Assembly (NCBI GenBank): GCA_017654855.1
Contig: CM030337.1
Span: 2,604,001-2,668,000, forward strand
Length of the DNA stretch: 64,000 bases
Direction: 5' to 3'
Origin: Podospora anserina
Lineage: Eukaryota
The number at the start of each line of letters is the position of its first letter. Position 1 is the first letter of the stretch. Positions 25,727-37,389 of the stretch are shown one piece after another. The notes beneath the pieces are model-generated. The model saw only the letters and a list, made by a program, of their open reading frames with translations. It made no database searches and had not been told where the DNA came from. The position numbers were made by a program, and so were the translations under genes.

Positions 25727-26310
25727 ATGCGTCGTCCTCTTCACCTTCATCGCTCACCCAATGTCCTTCATCGTCCTCGTCCTCGTCCTCGTCCTCGTCA
25801 TATTCATCCTCCTCATCCTCCTACTGCGCATTGTCGTTTGTTACTGTAGCCGGTTCAAATTCCCAACCATCGATTGATCCGTACAGGTCTTGATGTAGAT
25901 CATTGACTATATCGGATATGTTAGGCCTTCTCCCGACTTTGTTGCGTAACAGTCGAGGTAGAATTCTCGTGAAAAGTTTTTTGTAACGCGTTGGAATACC
26001 CGCCAGCCTCAAGTCCTCTTTCGAAATTCCCCGAGGGTATCTTTTAATTGATGGAAGCTTCTTTTCAAAGACGTGCACACCGAACCTTTCCACCTGATGA
26101 TCACCCTCCTCCTCCTCCGTGTCTTCCTCCTCTGTGTCTTTCCCCCCCGTGTCCTTCTCCTGCTCCCTATGCTTCTCCTTATCCATATACTTCTCGTCAT
26201 CCGTATTCTTGTCATTCTCATCATCCGTATCCTCCTCCTTCTCATCCGTATCATCCTCTTGATCCAGATCCGGCCAGGGGTTCAGCTTACAACGTTCCCA
26301 CATCAAACTC
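25727..26310 (-). pseudogene. Acidic gene fragment, possibly the C-terminal part of a kinase-like gene, with an internal TAG
   Basis: D/E-rich ORF ends at TAG 25821-25823, but the same frame continues EDEEDEYDEDEDEDEDDEGHWVSDEGEEDDA to a second stop. The 5' end overlaps the ankyrin relic out of frame. Confidence 0.4.
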
Positions 26311-27416
26311 TCCACAGCCTCTTGCAGCCGCTTTGTGAAGGGGCGTGGACCCGTCATTTGCGCGAAGATTGACTTCGGCCTTGTGGTCAAGCAACAACTT
26401 CACACCATTTGGGTGATGCTCAGTAAACCACCCCAGAATCGAGTTTCCCTGATAGTCCTGGCCGTCAACATCGACAAAAAAATGTTCTTGTTGGAGAATC
26501 CAGGTAATTATGGCGGCCTTGAAAGCAGGATCTCTGATAAAGGGTGAGTGCAGCACCCCAAAGATGGTGTTGAAGCCGTGCTGATTCCTGGCCTCGGGGT
26601 CGCCCTCGTTTTCCACCAGTGCCTTGATAACATCTAGGTGGCTATAGACGGCTGCGAGGTGTAGCGGAGTGACTCCGACGTGGCCGGCGCTTGTGACGTC
26701 TGCACCATGGGCTAAAAGATACTTGCAGCAGTCAACATGCCCCGCGGCGGCGGATAGATGCAACGGCGTCCACCCTGCACTAGTACGATCACTGACAGAC
26801 GCCTTTCCAGAGTCGAACAAGTCTCGTAGGCCTGGTACATTGTTCGTCGAGGCGTGGTACATGACTTCGGCGTTGATGAGGACTGTTACTGGAAAGGAGA
26901 GCCGTGGATAAAAGGAAGGCGACCCTCGTTGATCGCGAGTGAGACTCCAACCACCAATAACAGCGCGCTGAGACAACCACGAGACGGGAACTACTTCAAA
27001 TGTTGCGGCAAAGCCTGTTGTCGACTGTTGGTTGTCTCCAGTATCGTTGCCAGGACGGTATTCCTTTGATGCTTCCAACGAAGACGTCCCCACGACATAA
27101 CCACGGTGCCCAAATAGAAGTCATATTCGAATCGTCTTACGGTTTTATGCCTCATCTTTGGGCTTGTCAGACTCCCTGCCAAGTGTGGATAGGTATCATC
27201 GAGTGTCGTTCCAGCTCTCAAACTCTCCATCACGACCTGTGTGACTTGTTTGTTGAAAGCGTCGTTGTGTGCCATTTGCTGTCGAGAGAGCTGTTGCAGG
27301 GCACCTTGTAGATCTGGGTGGACGAGACCGCTTGGGGTGGCAGACGCTAGACCTAGATAGAGCGGCGATGGTAAAGCGATGCTGGTATGGTGACAAGATT
27401 GACGCGGATCAAACAC
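26287..27416 (-). pseudogene. Ankyrin-repeat gene with a frameshift near 27090, probably truncated at both ends
   Basis: Clear ankyrin repeats (GWTPLHLSAAAGHVDCCKYLLAHGADV; GVTPLHLAAVYSHLDVIKALVENEGDP; GSTPLHKAAARG). The coding frame switches between ORFs 26991-27416 and 26287-27093 with no intron, and the last repeat stops midway. Confidence 0.7.
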
Positions 27417-28273
27417 TCTCTGAATGGAAGCAAATTTGCGCTCGAGGCTAACGGTAGCAGAGTACGTACGCGTCAGAAGGTCATGCTGGCGGGGGAAATA
27501 GTCGCTGCCAGTGCAAATGTGTAAGCGGTGTCAAGAATGAACAGTTGACAGTATGGGTCGTAGGGGGTTTGCCTGTATAAAAGAACCAGCAGGGTGGTGA
27601 GCACGGGCGAATTACGCCAGCCAATGACATGAAGGCCACGACGGCTGCCCCGAGTTCCGCTATATCGACACAGCAGCTCTTGCACAGGGAAAGTGGGGTA
27701 AACGGAGAGGCGACCGGAAGAGTCCGACTTTCTGCGTTTGGATCTGGTTTATTACATGAAATCAGCTGCTTGTGTATATATCTGTTCATGCCTGACGGCG
27801 CGCCAAGTAGGTAGGCAGACTTGAGGCCCACGCTGGCTGGCTTTACTTCCAGCCATGCCGATGGTGGGAGCAGCCCTGCGTGATAACGCCTCATCTGGAG
27901 GTGCATCTCTCAGACACGGGAGGTATACACTTATATTGGGGGAATTATGACAGTGTGGGTGCACAATCCCTCAACTCAGTTATGTTCGGTCTGACTACTA
28001 GCTATGTGCAATGCAGATCCAGTTGGCAAATAGTTCCCAGGCTTATCATTGTGGTTGTTACACCTTCTGAATTCTTGCACTTTACTTCCAGGTTCCCTGC
28101 ATTTCACTTCCCTTGGTTGCACGGGCGTCCGTGATGGGTCAGCCGAACTGCCAAACCACCCCTGGTAGTGTATCCTCCTGAATATTTGAAACCAGTATCT
28201 ACCTACCTTACTTTACACCCAACAGCGGCGGCAACCGACCCCTGTGATTAGAACCAGAGTTCAAAGCTATAAC

Positions 28274-29304
28274 ATGGCAGATTCCACCCACTATTCCCCG
28301 ATAGCTAAGGCAGGCTTCACCGCGCCGGCCTTGTACGACAAATACCGCCCGTCCTACCCCACCCAAGCCATCCATCGTCTCCTATCCTCTCTAAGTATTA
28401 CTGATTGCGAGGTCTGCATCCTTGAACTCGGTGCAGGAACCGGGAAGTGGACGGAAGATCCGGCTGCGTGGTCTCCCAAATTCCGCATCATTGCTCTCGA
28501 GCCACACAGACAGATGAGGGACTTCCTTGCTCAGAAGCGACTACGGAATGTTACCGTGATGGACGGGTTAGCCCAGCACATTCCACTGCCGGATGAATCC
28601 GTCGACTGCGTATTGGCTGCTCAGGTAGGACAACACTTCGTACTTGGTTCCTTTTGGTCTCGCAGTTATCCTCTCGTATTGCCACTAACTAATGGTGATG
28701 TTGTGCTACGCGTGTAAATTAGGCCTTTCATTGGTATGTATACATTTCCCAGCGACACCTCTCTGACCTTTTGTATAACCTAGCTTGCTGATAGGATAGA
28801 CTAGGTTCGCCAGCGTTCAGAGCCTTAGTGAGATCTGTCGTGTGCTCAAGCCGAGGGGTGGTCTGGGTCTTATCTGGAACGTGGAGGATTATAACTCTCC
28901 TCGGTCGTTTCAGGTGCAAACCAAGTGGGAGGAACAGCTCCGCGAGATCATATGGGCCCTTGACGACGGACAGCCGAGGTTCAAATCCGAGATGTGGCAA
29001 TCCGCCTTCGACAGTTCAGTTGCCAAGCAGCTCTTCCGCTTACCATTGAACCTTGAGACTTGGAGGCTGTCCCAGATGGTTGACGAGACGGGCGCTAGAA
29101 AACCGCATATTTTCTTATTGTATGCTGCAAAGCGCGCCGCCTGAGAAACGGGATTGGTACAGGCGGCGGATTCGAAACATTCTACAGAAAGCCAGAGAAG
29201 ACAACCAAGAGGGCGGTAGTGGGTTCAAGATGCGGTTCTCAACCATCGTGGCATGGGTCCACAAGTCCTCTACGACACCTTCGCAAAACCAAAACCAGGC
29301 TTAA
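28274..29304 (+). pseudogene. Class I SAM-dependent methyltransferase (Methyltransf_11-like) with an apparent +1 frameshift near 29091
   Basis: YDKYRPSYP and ILELGAGTGK motif I. Introns 28625-28722 and 28734-28804 flank an 11-nt micro-exon and restore AQAFHWF...RVLKPRGGLGLIWN. An extra G at 29090-29092 separates ...VDET from ALENRIFSY. Confidence 0.75.
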
Positions 29305-30282
29305 AGTCGTTACATGATATCCTGCCATATCCCTCAAGATGTAGCTCTTTACCTGGGTACTCTATGTGTAGGCACCTTTGTAATTAAAGGGTCAATCGAA
29401 CGGGCAACCGGCTACTGGCGTAAGCTAGAGTTTGGCGGCATCTTCAATTCCATCAATTCCTCTAGAGCTACTGTAGTTGATGTCAAAGGTGAACAAAGAT
29501 CCAAGAATGCCCAAAACTGGCTCAGCCGAGTTCAGGCAATAAGGCACCCAATCCCTTATTACGTTGATATCACGTTTTCTTGGCATTACTATTATGCACA
29601 TGCTGAATATGAAGTATGTAGGTGGTACGATACGGCCGGGCTGTTCAAGCAAGAGACTGGACATGATCAGTAAGGTGTCTGGATCCTACTACTCCTTAGG
29701 GACTTGGGACGGTACCTTCATAGATAAGGTAAGAGCGACAGTGTGGACTTTGCCGGGAGGCATTACTCTTATACATGTGGATGGGCAGGTGGGTATCTAT
29801 CCTCGATGGTCACCAAGGTACCGTGGCGCCAGTGTCACGAACGCACAAGATGCGCACTCGAGGCATATCATGCCATGCCTTTTGTGGCTATGCTGATCCT
29901 TTGGGCTCTTTGGCACATATATTCACACAATGGCAAGGCAACAAACCGTTGTTCTCGCCTGTGCCAAGTGTGGCTGTGCAAACAGTAAGTGCATTCCGAT
30001 ATCACTAGACCGTGGAGTTGGCTGTGAAGAGACGCCAAATGCAACGCTGACGAACGATTTTAAGTGGATTGTCAGGTACGACGGCCCAAAAGGCGGGACC
30101 AGGTCTCGGATATAAATGCACAACCACCCATCACCCTGGCGCCCTGTCTTCACCTCTCCATTTACGCAACCACAAGCAATGACATCCACGTTAACTTTGA
30201 CGAAGCCCAGACGCCGCAGAAAGAAGATCGTGCCACTCCGCAATATCAGAAGAATAAGATCAGAAGACATCATCCACCACAG

Positions 30283-30661
30283 CATGGCTTCCTCCTCCTC
30301 CTCCCAGCCTCAAGATCCAGACCAACAAAAGACTCTCACCACCAAAGCCTCCAATGAATCCCTCGCCGCCGCCTCGACGGTAGTCCCCGACAGCGAGGCC
30401 ACCACAATGGGAAAGCAACCACAGGCACCGACTCGGTACCTCTACTATGAGAAAGTGGCGGAGCCAGACCCGAACTATGTCCCCAAGCCGCCGTCAAAAC
30501 TGGCCAAGTTCATGTCCAAATTCCAGAGCCCGATGGTGAAAGCGACAAAGGCCAAGAGACAGGCCGAGATTGACGAGGAGAAGAGAACGGGCATCAAGGT
30601 TTATACTCCGGCTGGGGCGCCGATGGGGAGTGGGCAGCACATTGGGAATGCGTTGAGTTAA
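30283..30661 (+). CDS. Small hypothetical protein (~125 aa)
   Basis: MASSSSSQPQDP...KPPSKLAKFMSKFQSP ORF with a C-rich 5' and G-rich 3' composition like neighbouring real genes. The start is uncertain. Confidence 0.55.
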
Positions 30662-31411
30662 AGTTTTGGAGGGATGATGGGAATTGTGGATTGGATGGCG
30701 GTTGATGGTTTACGAGGAGAAGGTATGCCCTGCATTGGATAATGCTGTTTGTTTCATGTTGCTATCGGTAGCAATTTCAGTTACATCTTCATGAGGGTGT
30801 TCACACAATAAGGGTGCCAAGATTGGTAACCAGCTCTGTCAGCCGCCTGCAGATAACCCCAGTCTTGGTCATTGAAGCTTCATGAATTTCAACAACACTT
30901 TTTGGCACACCGAAACTGTTTGTAGTAATCTTACTGGCCCAATAATTTAGAACTTTGCACGACTAGCTACAGAAACGTCACATGGAGTACGCCTCACACG
31001 CGCCACTCAGCAAGCTATCAATGAAGTAGCGCTATCACACGAATGTTGCCGGTGATGACACACACATCATTGCCAATTAGCTTCAACTAATATCATTGGA
31101 CTGCTTCTCAAACTTCGTGAAAACATCATGTAGGTATTCTGATCACATATCAGACCTTGAACCAACAGCCACCAAACGCCACACACCTCTCAAAGGATCA
31201 AGCCCTCCGAACCTTCGTAAGCCAAACGACAAAGAACATAGTATGATCATGAGTTTCCAAGCACTTCAAACCAGTATTTAACAGCCACCCCAAGTGTCAA
31301 GTCACAAAAGTATATAAAACACCCATCACTTCCCAGCAAAAGTAGCCCTCATCTCCCGACCCATCTCCCACATACCCACCTTCCAGCCTCCAGCCAACCT
31401 CGCAAACAAAA

Positions 31412-31810
31412 ATGCACCTCACCACCCCCCTCCTCACCCTCCTCACCCTCACAACCTCCACCCTCGCCCTCCCCGCCCCGTCGACCGACCTCGCAGCAAG
31501 GTGCACCAAGCCCGGCGGTCCACCCTGCTGGAAACGTGAGCCAGTAGTCCCCGAGGTTGAGCCCCGGTGCCAGCCGTGGAGGGGCGCTCCCTGCTGGAAG
31601 AAGCGCAGCCCTGTGCCAGAACCAGCTCCGGCTCCGGCGCCCGATGTTGAACTGGAAACTCGCTGCACCAAGCCGGGCGGACCGCCTTGCTGGAAAGAGA
31701 AGCGTGAGCCGGAGCCGATGTGTGGCGAGCCTGGGAGGCCGCCTTGCTGGAAGCAGGTACGAGATGTTGGTAATGCTTTTCGTGTTAGGTTTAAAGAGCC
31801 AAAGGTCTGA
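31412..31810 (+). CDS. Secreted Kex2-processed repeat-peptide precursor, alpha-pheromone-like, with four C-x7-C-W peptides
   Basis: TATATAAAA at ~31311 and CAAAAATG start context. Signal peptide MHLTTPLLTLLTLTTSTLA. Peptides CTKPGGPPCW (x2), CQPWRGAPCW and CGEPGRPPCW are followed by KR/KKR/KEKR (the last by KQVR) and separated by X-P dipeptide spacers. Confidence 0.85.
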   Translation: MHLTTPLLTLLTLTTSTLALPAPSTDLAARCTKPGGPPCWKREPVVPEVEPRCQPWRGAPCWKKRSPVPEPAPAPAPDVELETRCTKPGGPPCWKEKREPEPMCGEPGRPPCWKQVRDVGNAFRVRFKEPKV

Positions 31811-32330
31811 CTTGGGAGGTTTAGGTCTGATTGGTCACTGATGAGGGGGTGACAGGCGGGGGGGAAGCAGGGCGGAGCTGGTTTGGAAATTGGAGATTCC
31901 ATAAGGTAGTTGGATATGTGTTCTCGTTTCAGAAATCTAGAGCGCTGTGGTTTTTGGGGTGGGACTCTGCTGAATGTCATGGTTGGCAGTTTGGTTGCTC
32001 AAGGGGAGACGTGTTTATTGCAAATCCCAAATTGGAATAGGTACAGCTTAAGTTGCTAGAAGGGGCGTGTTGTGTTGTTGGGGGGCAACCGGGGGAGTGA
32101 TGCGCAGGTGCGTGCCGGCTGGTAAGCACGTTTGCCATGTCATTCGTTTAGTACTTGTTGTTTAAGGGGGAATAGTGAAGATGATCAGATGACCCAGCTG
32201 ATGTAGTGCACTACCCATCGTTATTCTCTCGTTAGCTGTGAGGATATCCCACCATGTACGATTCCACCCTTCCCCTCCCCCTCTCTCCAATCCACAACAC
32301 ACGCCACCGCTAGAGCTTCACTCCTTAAGC

Positions 32331-32884
32331 CTAAGCCTGCTCCTCAAAATTCTCAAACCCAGCCGCCCTCGAAATATCAGCCACACTCAACCCCGCATCC
32401 GCCAACGGAGCCTGCAAGCTCGCCGCCGAGTTGGCATTCTGAATATCAGCCCCCTCCACGGCAGGATCAACCAAGGGAATGATTCCCCTCAACTCAGGAG
32501 TAGCCGGCAAAGCAGCATTGCTGCAGATGGTGGGGATGTCAACAGCGAAAGGGTTAAAGTTCTTCTCCGCGGCAACCAGGGCGGCGGCACCGGCAATCAC
32601 CTGGGGGTCGTTGCCTAGGGTGGCAACAATCTCGTCGGCCAGTTCGAGCTAGGGGAAATGTTAGCAGGAGGGAGAAATGAGGTGAAAGGGAGGTAACGGA
32701 CCTTGGCACAAGCACTGGCGCCAGCAAGGAGCACGCTGGGGGTCTGGCCGGCGAGGGTACCAGCTGCGCCTGGGGGACCGAAATCGCCGAGAGCTTGGAT
32801 GACGCTTTGGACGAGGCCTTCCTGTCCGAAACGGGCAGAGGCAACAGAGGCCAGGGTGGCGAGGAGGAGGGTCTTGGTTTGCAT
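32331..32884 (-). CDS. Small secreted Ala/Gly-rich hypothetical protein (2 exons)
   Basis: Signal peptide MQTKTLLLATLASVASA then RFGQEG. Intron 32649-32701 (GTCCGT...GCTAAC...TAG) joins ...ACAK to LELADEIVATLGNDP...AAEKNFNPF...PATPELRGIIPLVDP. Confidence 0.85.
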
Positions 32885-34269
32885 GGTGAAAGATAAAAGC
32901 GAAGCCGACTAGCGGTGTCAAAGGTATTAAATTGATAATTAACGGTCTCGCCGTGAAAAAAAGAGCGTGATCGAACCGGTCGGTCAGAAAAGAGTGGATA
33001 GGGAGATCAGGAAAAGGAAACAACTCCCGGGTTGGCGAAGAAGACTTCTTATAGGGATGCACATGATGGTGCCAGTGATGAGGTGATCACCAAAGGAGCC
33101 GGCAAAATAGTGGTTGATGTTGAGCCCCTCGGCGATCATACTGTTGTTTGCGACAGGAATTGGCTGGCAGTTTTTGGGTGATGTTTGAGGTTCTGCCGTG
33201 TTGCTTGTGCGGCAAGGCTCGGCGCATGGCATTTCCAGCAGAAGCCGATACAACAATGCCGTGTTGACTTGTGGAGATATCAGACGAAAGGATGATCTTG
33301 GGTGCTTTGGATAAAATTCATCCAGGTTGTCAAGGACAATCGTGATCATCCAAACCGAGTTTCTCAGACTCGTCTCGGGCAGTCAAACCAAGAGGACATT
33401 GCACAGGACTGGGTTTTGGGACGTGATAATGCTGGCTCCCGTGTTGGTTATCTGTAGTCGCACGTGTTGAACAATCCTCTTGTCCGTGTGTGTGTGTGTG
33501 TGGGTGTGTATGCATCATTCCACGTGATTTTGCTGTCGTTTTGTTCCATCCCGTCGTGGGGTGCCATCGTCGTTGATGTCTCGAGGTGGGGGGCGCTCTT
33601 GGCAGCAGACGTCACTTGGTGTCAAAGCTGAGTTTGATGGACGGCAGCAATTGTCCGAACTGTCACGAACACGGGAAAAAGCGCTCTGGAGCCTCCCTTG
33701 CTGTGGCTCGGCATCATGTGATGCCGCCCGTTTCTTATCGAGACCTCACACATTCTTGCTCTTGGCCACATCTCACCATCAACCCACAGACAGCAACTGT
33801 CATCCCTTCAACATCAACATGCGAACTGCGACCACTTATGGATTTTTTCTATTAATGTATCGTAATAATGTCCTGCCGGCGACCAAGGTGCCCCAAATAC
33901 ACCAGCGCGGACTTGCTCTTCGATCATGTAGGTACCCGCACTTGACGCGAAAGAGCAGTTATGTACAAGGTCAGTTCCCATCCAAACATCCCATACCCGA
34001 AGCGCCCCCCATTCCCAAACCTCACCCCCCACCCAAATTGATATTACAGTAAAGGCAGAGACATATACACCGGGCTCGTATTCTTTTCGTCTCTCGTTGT
34101 CGTCGTCCGTACCTTTCCCAGCTCGGCTCGGCCATGTGGTGTCACTGCCGGCGAGCAAAGTGTAGCGAGGACGCCGTCTCGTCATTAGTTGTTATTCCCC
34201 GGAATTCCTTCGCCTCTTGAAGCAAACACTCTCCGGCTCCTGATGATGCTGTTCGCAGAAGAAAAATGC

Positions 34270-35727
34270 TCATGAAAAATGCAGCCACCCCTTCTTTTCC
34301 TCCTCCTTTCTCTTCTCCTCTTCCTCCTTGCGCTTGGCCTCTTGGGCTTCGGCCTTTTTCGCTTCGGCTTCTTTCCTCTTCTTTTCCTCCTCCTCCTTCT
34401 TCCTCTTCTCGGCCTCCTCACGGTCCTTCTTTCTCTTCTCCTCTTCAGCCTTGGCCTTCTCGGCGGCCTCCTTCCTTTCTTGCTCCTTCTGCGCGACAAT
34501 CTTCCTCTGCTCCTCCTCGGTCATCTTGGCAAAGGCCTCGACGTTCTTGTCCCAGGTCTTGACGCACTCATCGTTCCAGTTGCACTTCTCAACCTCACCA
34601 TAGGCAGGGTGGCTGTAGCGGGGATGTCTGCTGGGCCAGTTGGAAGCGTGGTAGTGGTGTCTGACGAGAGCAGCTCTGGCGTCGTGGTTGCCTGAATCCG
34701 AGTGGCCTTGGCCGGCAGCAAAAGCCTCGACGGTGAGGACGAGGGTGCGGCTCACGAGCTTAGATTCCTGGAGGTCGTGGAAGAGATCCCAGTCGACCTT
34801 GATGTTGGGGTCCTCCTTGTGAAGATCCATCTCGGCGAGAATGGCGGTGGTGAAGGCAGACGGACCAGTACCGCTGATGATCTGGTCGAAATCGAGCTTG
34901 ACGTCGGCAAGAGGGACGTTCTGCTCCTTGGCAACACCATTGAGCCATGTCATGATCTGCTCAATGAGTCTCATCATGACGGGCAGCTGGGGCTTGCACA
35001 TGAAGGTCCACTGGCAGAAAGAACGCGACTTGGGACCAAGAATGGGGTGATCCTTCCAGTCAGGCTCATCAATCTCGACGCCAATAACCATATCGATATC
35101 CTTGACGTTGTAACGGTCGGGGATGAACTTGGAGAGAGGCTTCAAGGCCTCGACATCGATATCGGCGTACAGACCACCCTCGGCATACATGACGATGTAG
35201 CGGAGGAGATCGGCCTTGACAATGGCAGCCTTGACGTCGCGGTAAAAGTTGACAATGTCGGGGCGGTTGAAGCCCTCGGGGCCAAAGTGCCACTCGACGT
35301 ACTTCATGTCATTGTCGTCGGTCAACACCTCGTATCGGTAATCGGGGTTCTTGCCAACCCATGAGCGGGCGGTATTGATGTCACGCTCCTCGAATCTGAG
35401 AGGGTTGACCTTCCATGTCTGCCAAATCTTTCTGGGGAACTCGGTGCGGACGGCCTTGGGGGTCTGAGCTGGTCCTACTGGCGTGATGGGCACAGTTGGC
35501 GCAGCTACCACCGGGACCGGTGGACGGGCGAGGGCGGCGGCGTTCGAGGTGACTTCGCGAACACGCGAGTGGAAAAGGTTCAGGTTAAAGGTGAAGAAGA
35601 TGAGGATGATGGCGGCAACGTATATTGGGAGGCAACGGCGGAACTGTGTTGGTAGGCGGTTGCGGAACTGAGCTGTGGTGGCGGCCAAGGTTGGCGACCC
35701 CAATGGGGAACCAAGCTTGGACATCAT
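34270..35727 (-). CDS. Och1/Hoc1-like alpha-1,6-mannosyltransferase (glycosyltransferase family 32)
   Basis: Type II membrane anchor (CLPIYVAAIILIFFTFNL), FPRKIWQTWK, KADLLRYIVMYAEGGLYADIDV (DxD motif), SFCQWT, TGPSAFT and a charged coiled-coil tail. ATG at 35727. Confidence 0.92.
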   Translation of the reverse strand: MMSKLGSPLGSPTLAATTAQFRNRLPTQFRRCLPIYVAAIILIFFTFNLNLFHSRVREVTSNAAALARPPVPVVAAPTVPITPVGPAQTPKAVRTEFPRKIWQTWKVNPLRFEERDINTARSWVGKNPDYRYEVLTDDNDMKYVEWHFGPEGFNRPDIVNFYRDVKAAIVKADLLRYIVMYAEGGLYADIDVEALKPLSKFIPDRYNVKDIDMVIGVEIDEPDWKDHPILGPKSRSFCQWTFMCKPQLPVMMRLIEQIMTWLNGVAKEQNVPLADVKLDFDQIISGTGPSAFTTAILAEMDLHKEDPNIKVDWDLFHDLQESKLVSRTLVLTVEAFAAGQGHSDSGNHDARAALVRHHYHASNWPSRHPRYSHPAYGEVEKCNWNDECVKTWDKNVEAFAKMTEEEQRKIVAQKEQERKEAAEKAKAEEEKRKKDREEAEKRKKEEEEKKRKEAEAKKAEAQEAKRKEEEEKRKEEEKKGWLHFS

Positions 35728-37389
35728 GCTGGGCGACCCGATATTTGTTCGAGCGAAAGTAAAGCTACTCGTCAATTCCGTGAATGAATCGTGGTTTCCC
35801 GGTGGTACGACGTGGGAAAATAGCGAGAGCGGCCAGACAACAGTACTTGGAGTCGTGAGCTGGCTGACGAGTCGGTGTGCCGTAGTCTGGAAAAGTGCCG
35901 TTGGGCGACAACGCCTGACCCCAGTCCCCACTGGGATGTATCTCTCGAGCGAAAAAGCGAATGTGACGAGACAAGACGAGACGAGCAGGAGGTGAGGTCT
36001 CGAGACGAAGGAAAAAGTGGAAGAGAGAAGAGGAGGATACACGAGTAGCAGTATCACGAGGTCAGGTAGGAGAGAGAGAGAGAGAGCAAGAGAGAGGTCT
36101 AGGCCCCTCCAATCGGCGGCCAAGTGGTTCCTTATCTTGTCAGCACTGGCACCAGTCGGTGTCTGCCTCTGCCGGATGCAAACTCGCGCGGGAAATTCAT
36201 CATGGGCGCGGCCATTTTGGTCACCTAGCGCCGACACCTTGCCGGGGTCCCCAGGCCCCAGATCCAATCATGGAGGCCCGAGAAAATTCTTCTGACACCG
36301 TCCACGCCCAGGGCACCAGGGGCAGGCCATGGACAGCTGTTTTCGCTATCTTCCCCACCACTCTCGCTCTTGTTTTCTACAGGTTCGTGCAGGTTTTAAT
36401 TCTACTCTGATGAGTGCTTGATTCGTGGCAAAGCTGCCGCGACTCTTGCTGATCCAATCATGCCGTTGGCATTCGTGAGTGTCCCATCCGGCCGTCAGCC
36501 AGTGAGATCTGTCAGACACGATAGGGGCTGTTTTTCCAAAAACCGAATCCCCTGCCCGGTTGCGGGAGCGGTGCCCCACTGCAAAGCAGGCTAAGCTCAC
36601 CAAGCTGCCCACCCCTGCTCGACGCGATCGGTCGTTGCCGTTTTGGTAGACTTGTGTGGGACTGGCCTGTGCGCTATCAGCCAATCATCGGTCGGGGCTA
36701 TGGCACACTGTGTAGACAGGCACACCCCAGATTTCGCCTGGTGTACCATGCACCACCCCCCCCCCCCTGGACCCTGACACCCTGTCTCGCTAGGCTACCT
36801 GGGCGGGCGTTGAAATCAAGATCTCAGTGCAGGTGCTTCCTGGCTTCCAGCTTGCCATGGCCTCTCCGCTGGAACGCAGATACGGCGGGCGACAGACGAT
36901 GGTTAATTATTTCGTCATGATCAGTTTGTTCCCCGCGTTTGCAGTTTCTGCTTGTGATTTTTCCGCTTTTTCTCGTGTAGATAGAGAGGGGGAGCGTGCG
37001 TTTTGATACGAACTGTTGCTGTCATCTGAAAACCCGGTAGGCTTATCCGGTGTTGATCCCGCCAATCCCGCTTCAACTTCAAGACCCCGACGGTGCCACA
37101 GTGTTTTCTTGATTCTCTCTGTCCGACCGCTGGCTCTCGGTGGATTTTCTTCTTTTTCCCCTGAAGAATATTTTCCAGCTGAGTGGTCTCGGAGTCGTAC
37201 GCACTCACTGGTTCCCGAACCGCAAAGTCGACGACAAAACGACTTTTCCCTCCTCCCTCCCTCCGGCACTTACCGCGCTTATCTCCTGAGACCTTTTCGG
37301 CCCACAGCGGACAGATCGGAACCTCGACATCTTTGTTTACCTACTTTCCACTCTCGGGCAGGCAGATAGTCAATGTCGCCGCCTTCAAA

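Noticed and set aside
31412-31810. Dikaritin/ustiloxin-type RiPP cluster interpretation
   Set aside because: No DUF3328 or tyrosinase gene was recognised nearby. The cores have paired Cys and a terminal Trp like pheromones, not Tyr-containing dikaritin cores.
35728-36267. 180-codon in-frame N-terminal extension of the GT32 ORF
   Set aside because: It begins at TTG, crosses a (CT)n tract typical of 5' UTRs, and would displace the type II anchor. The ATG at 35727 fits better.
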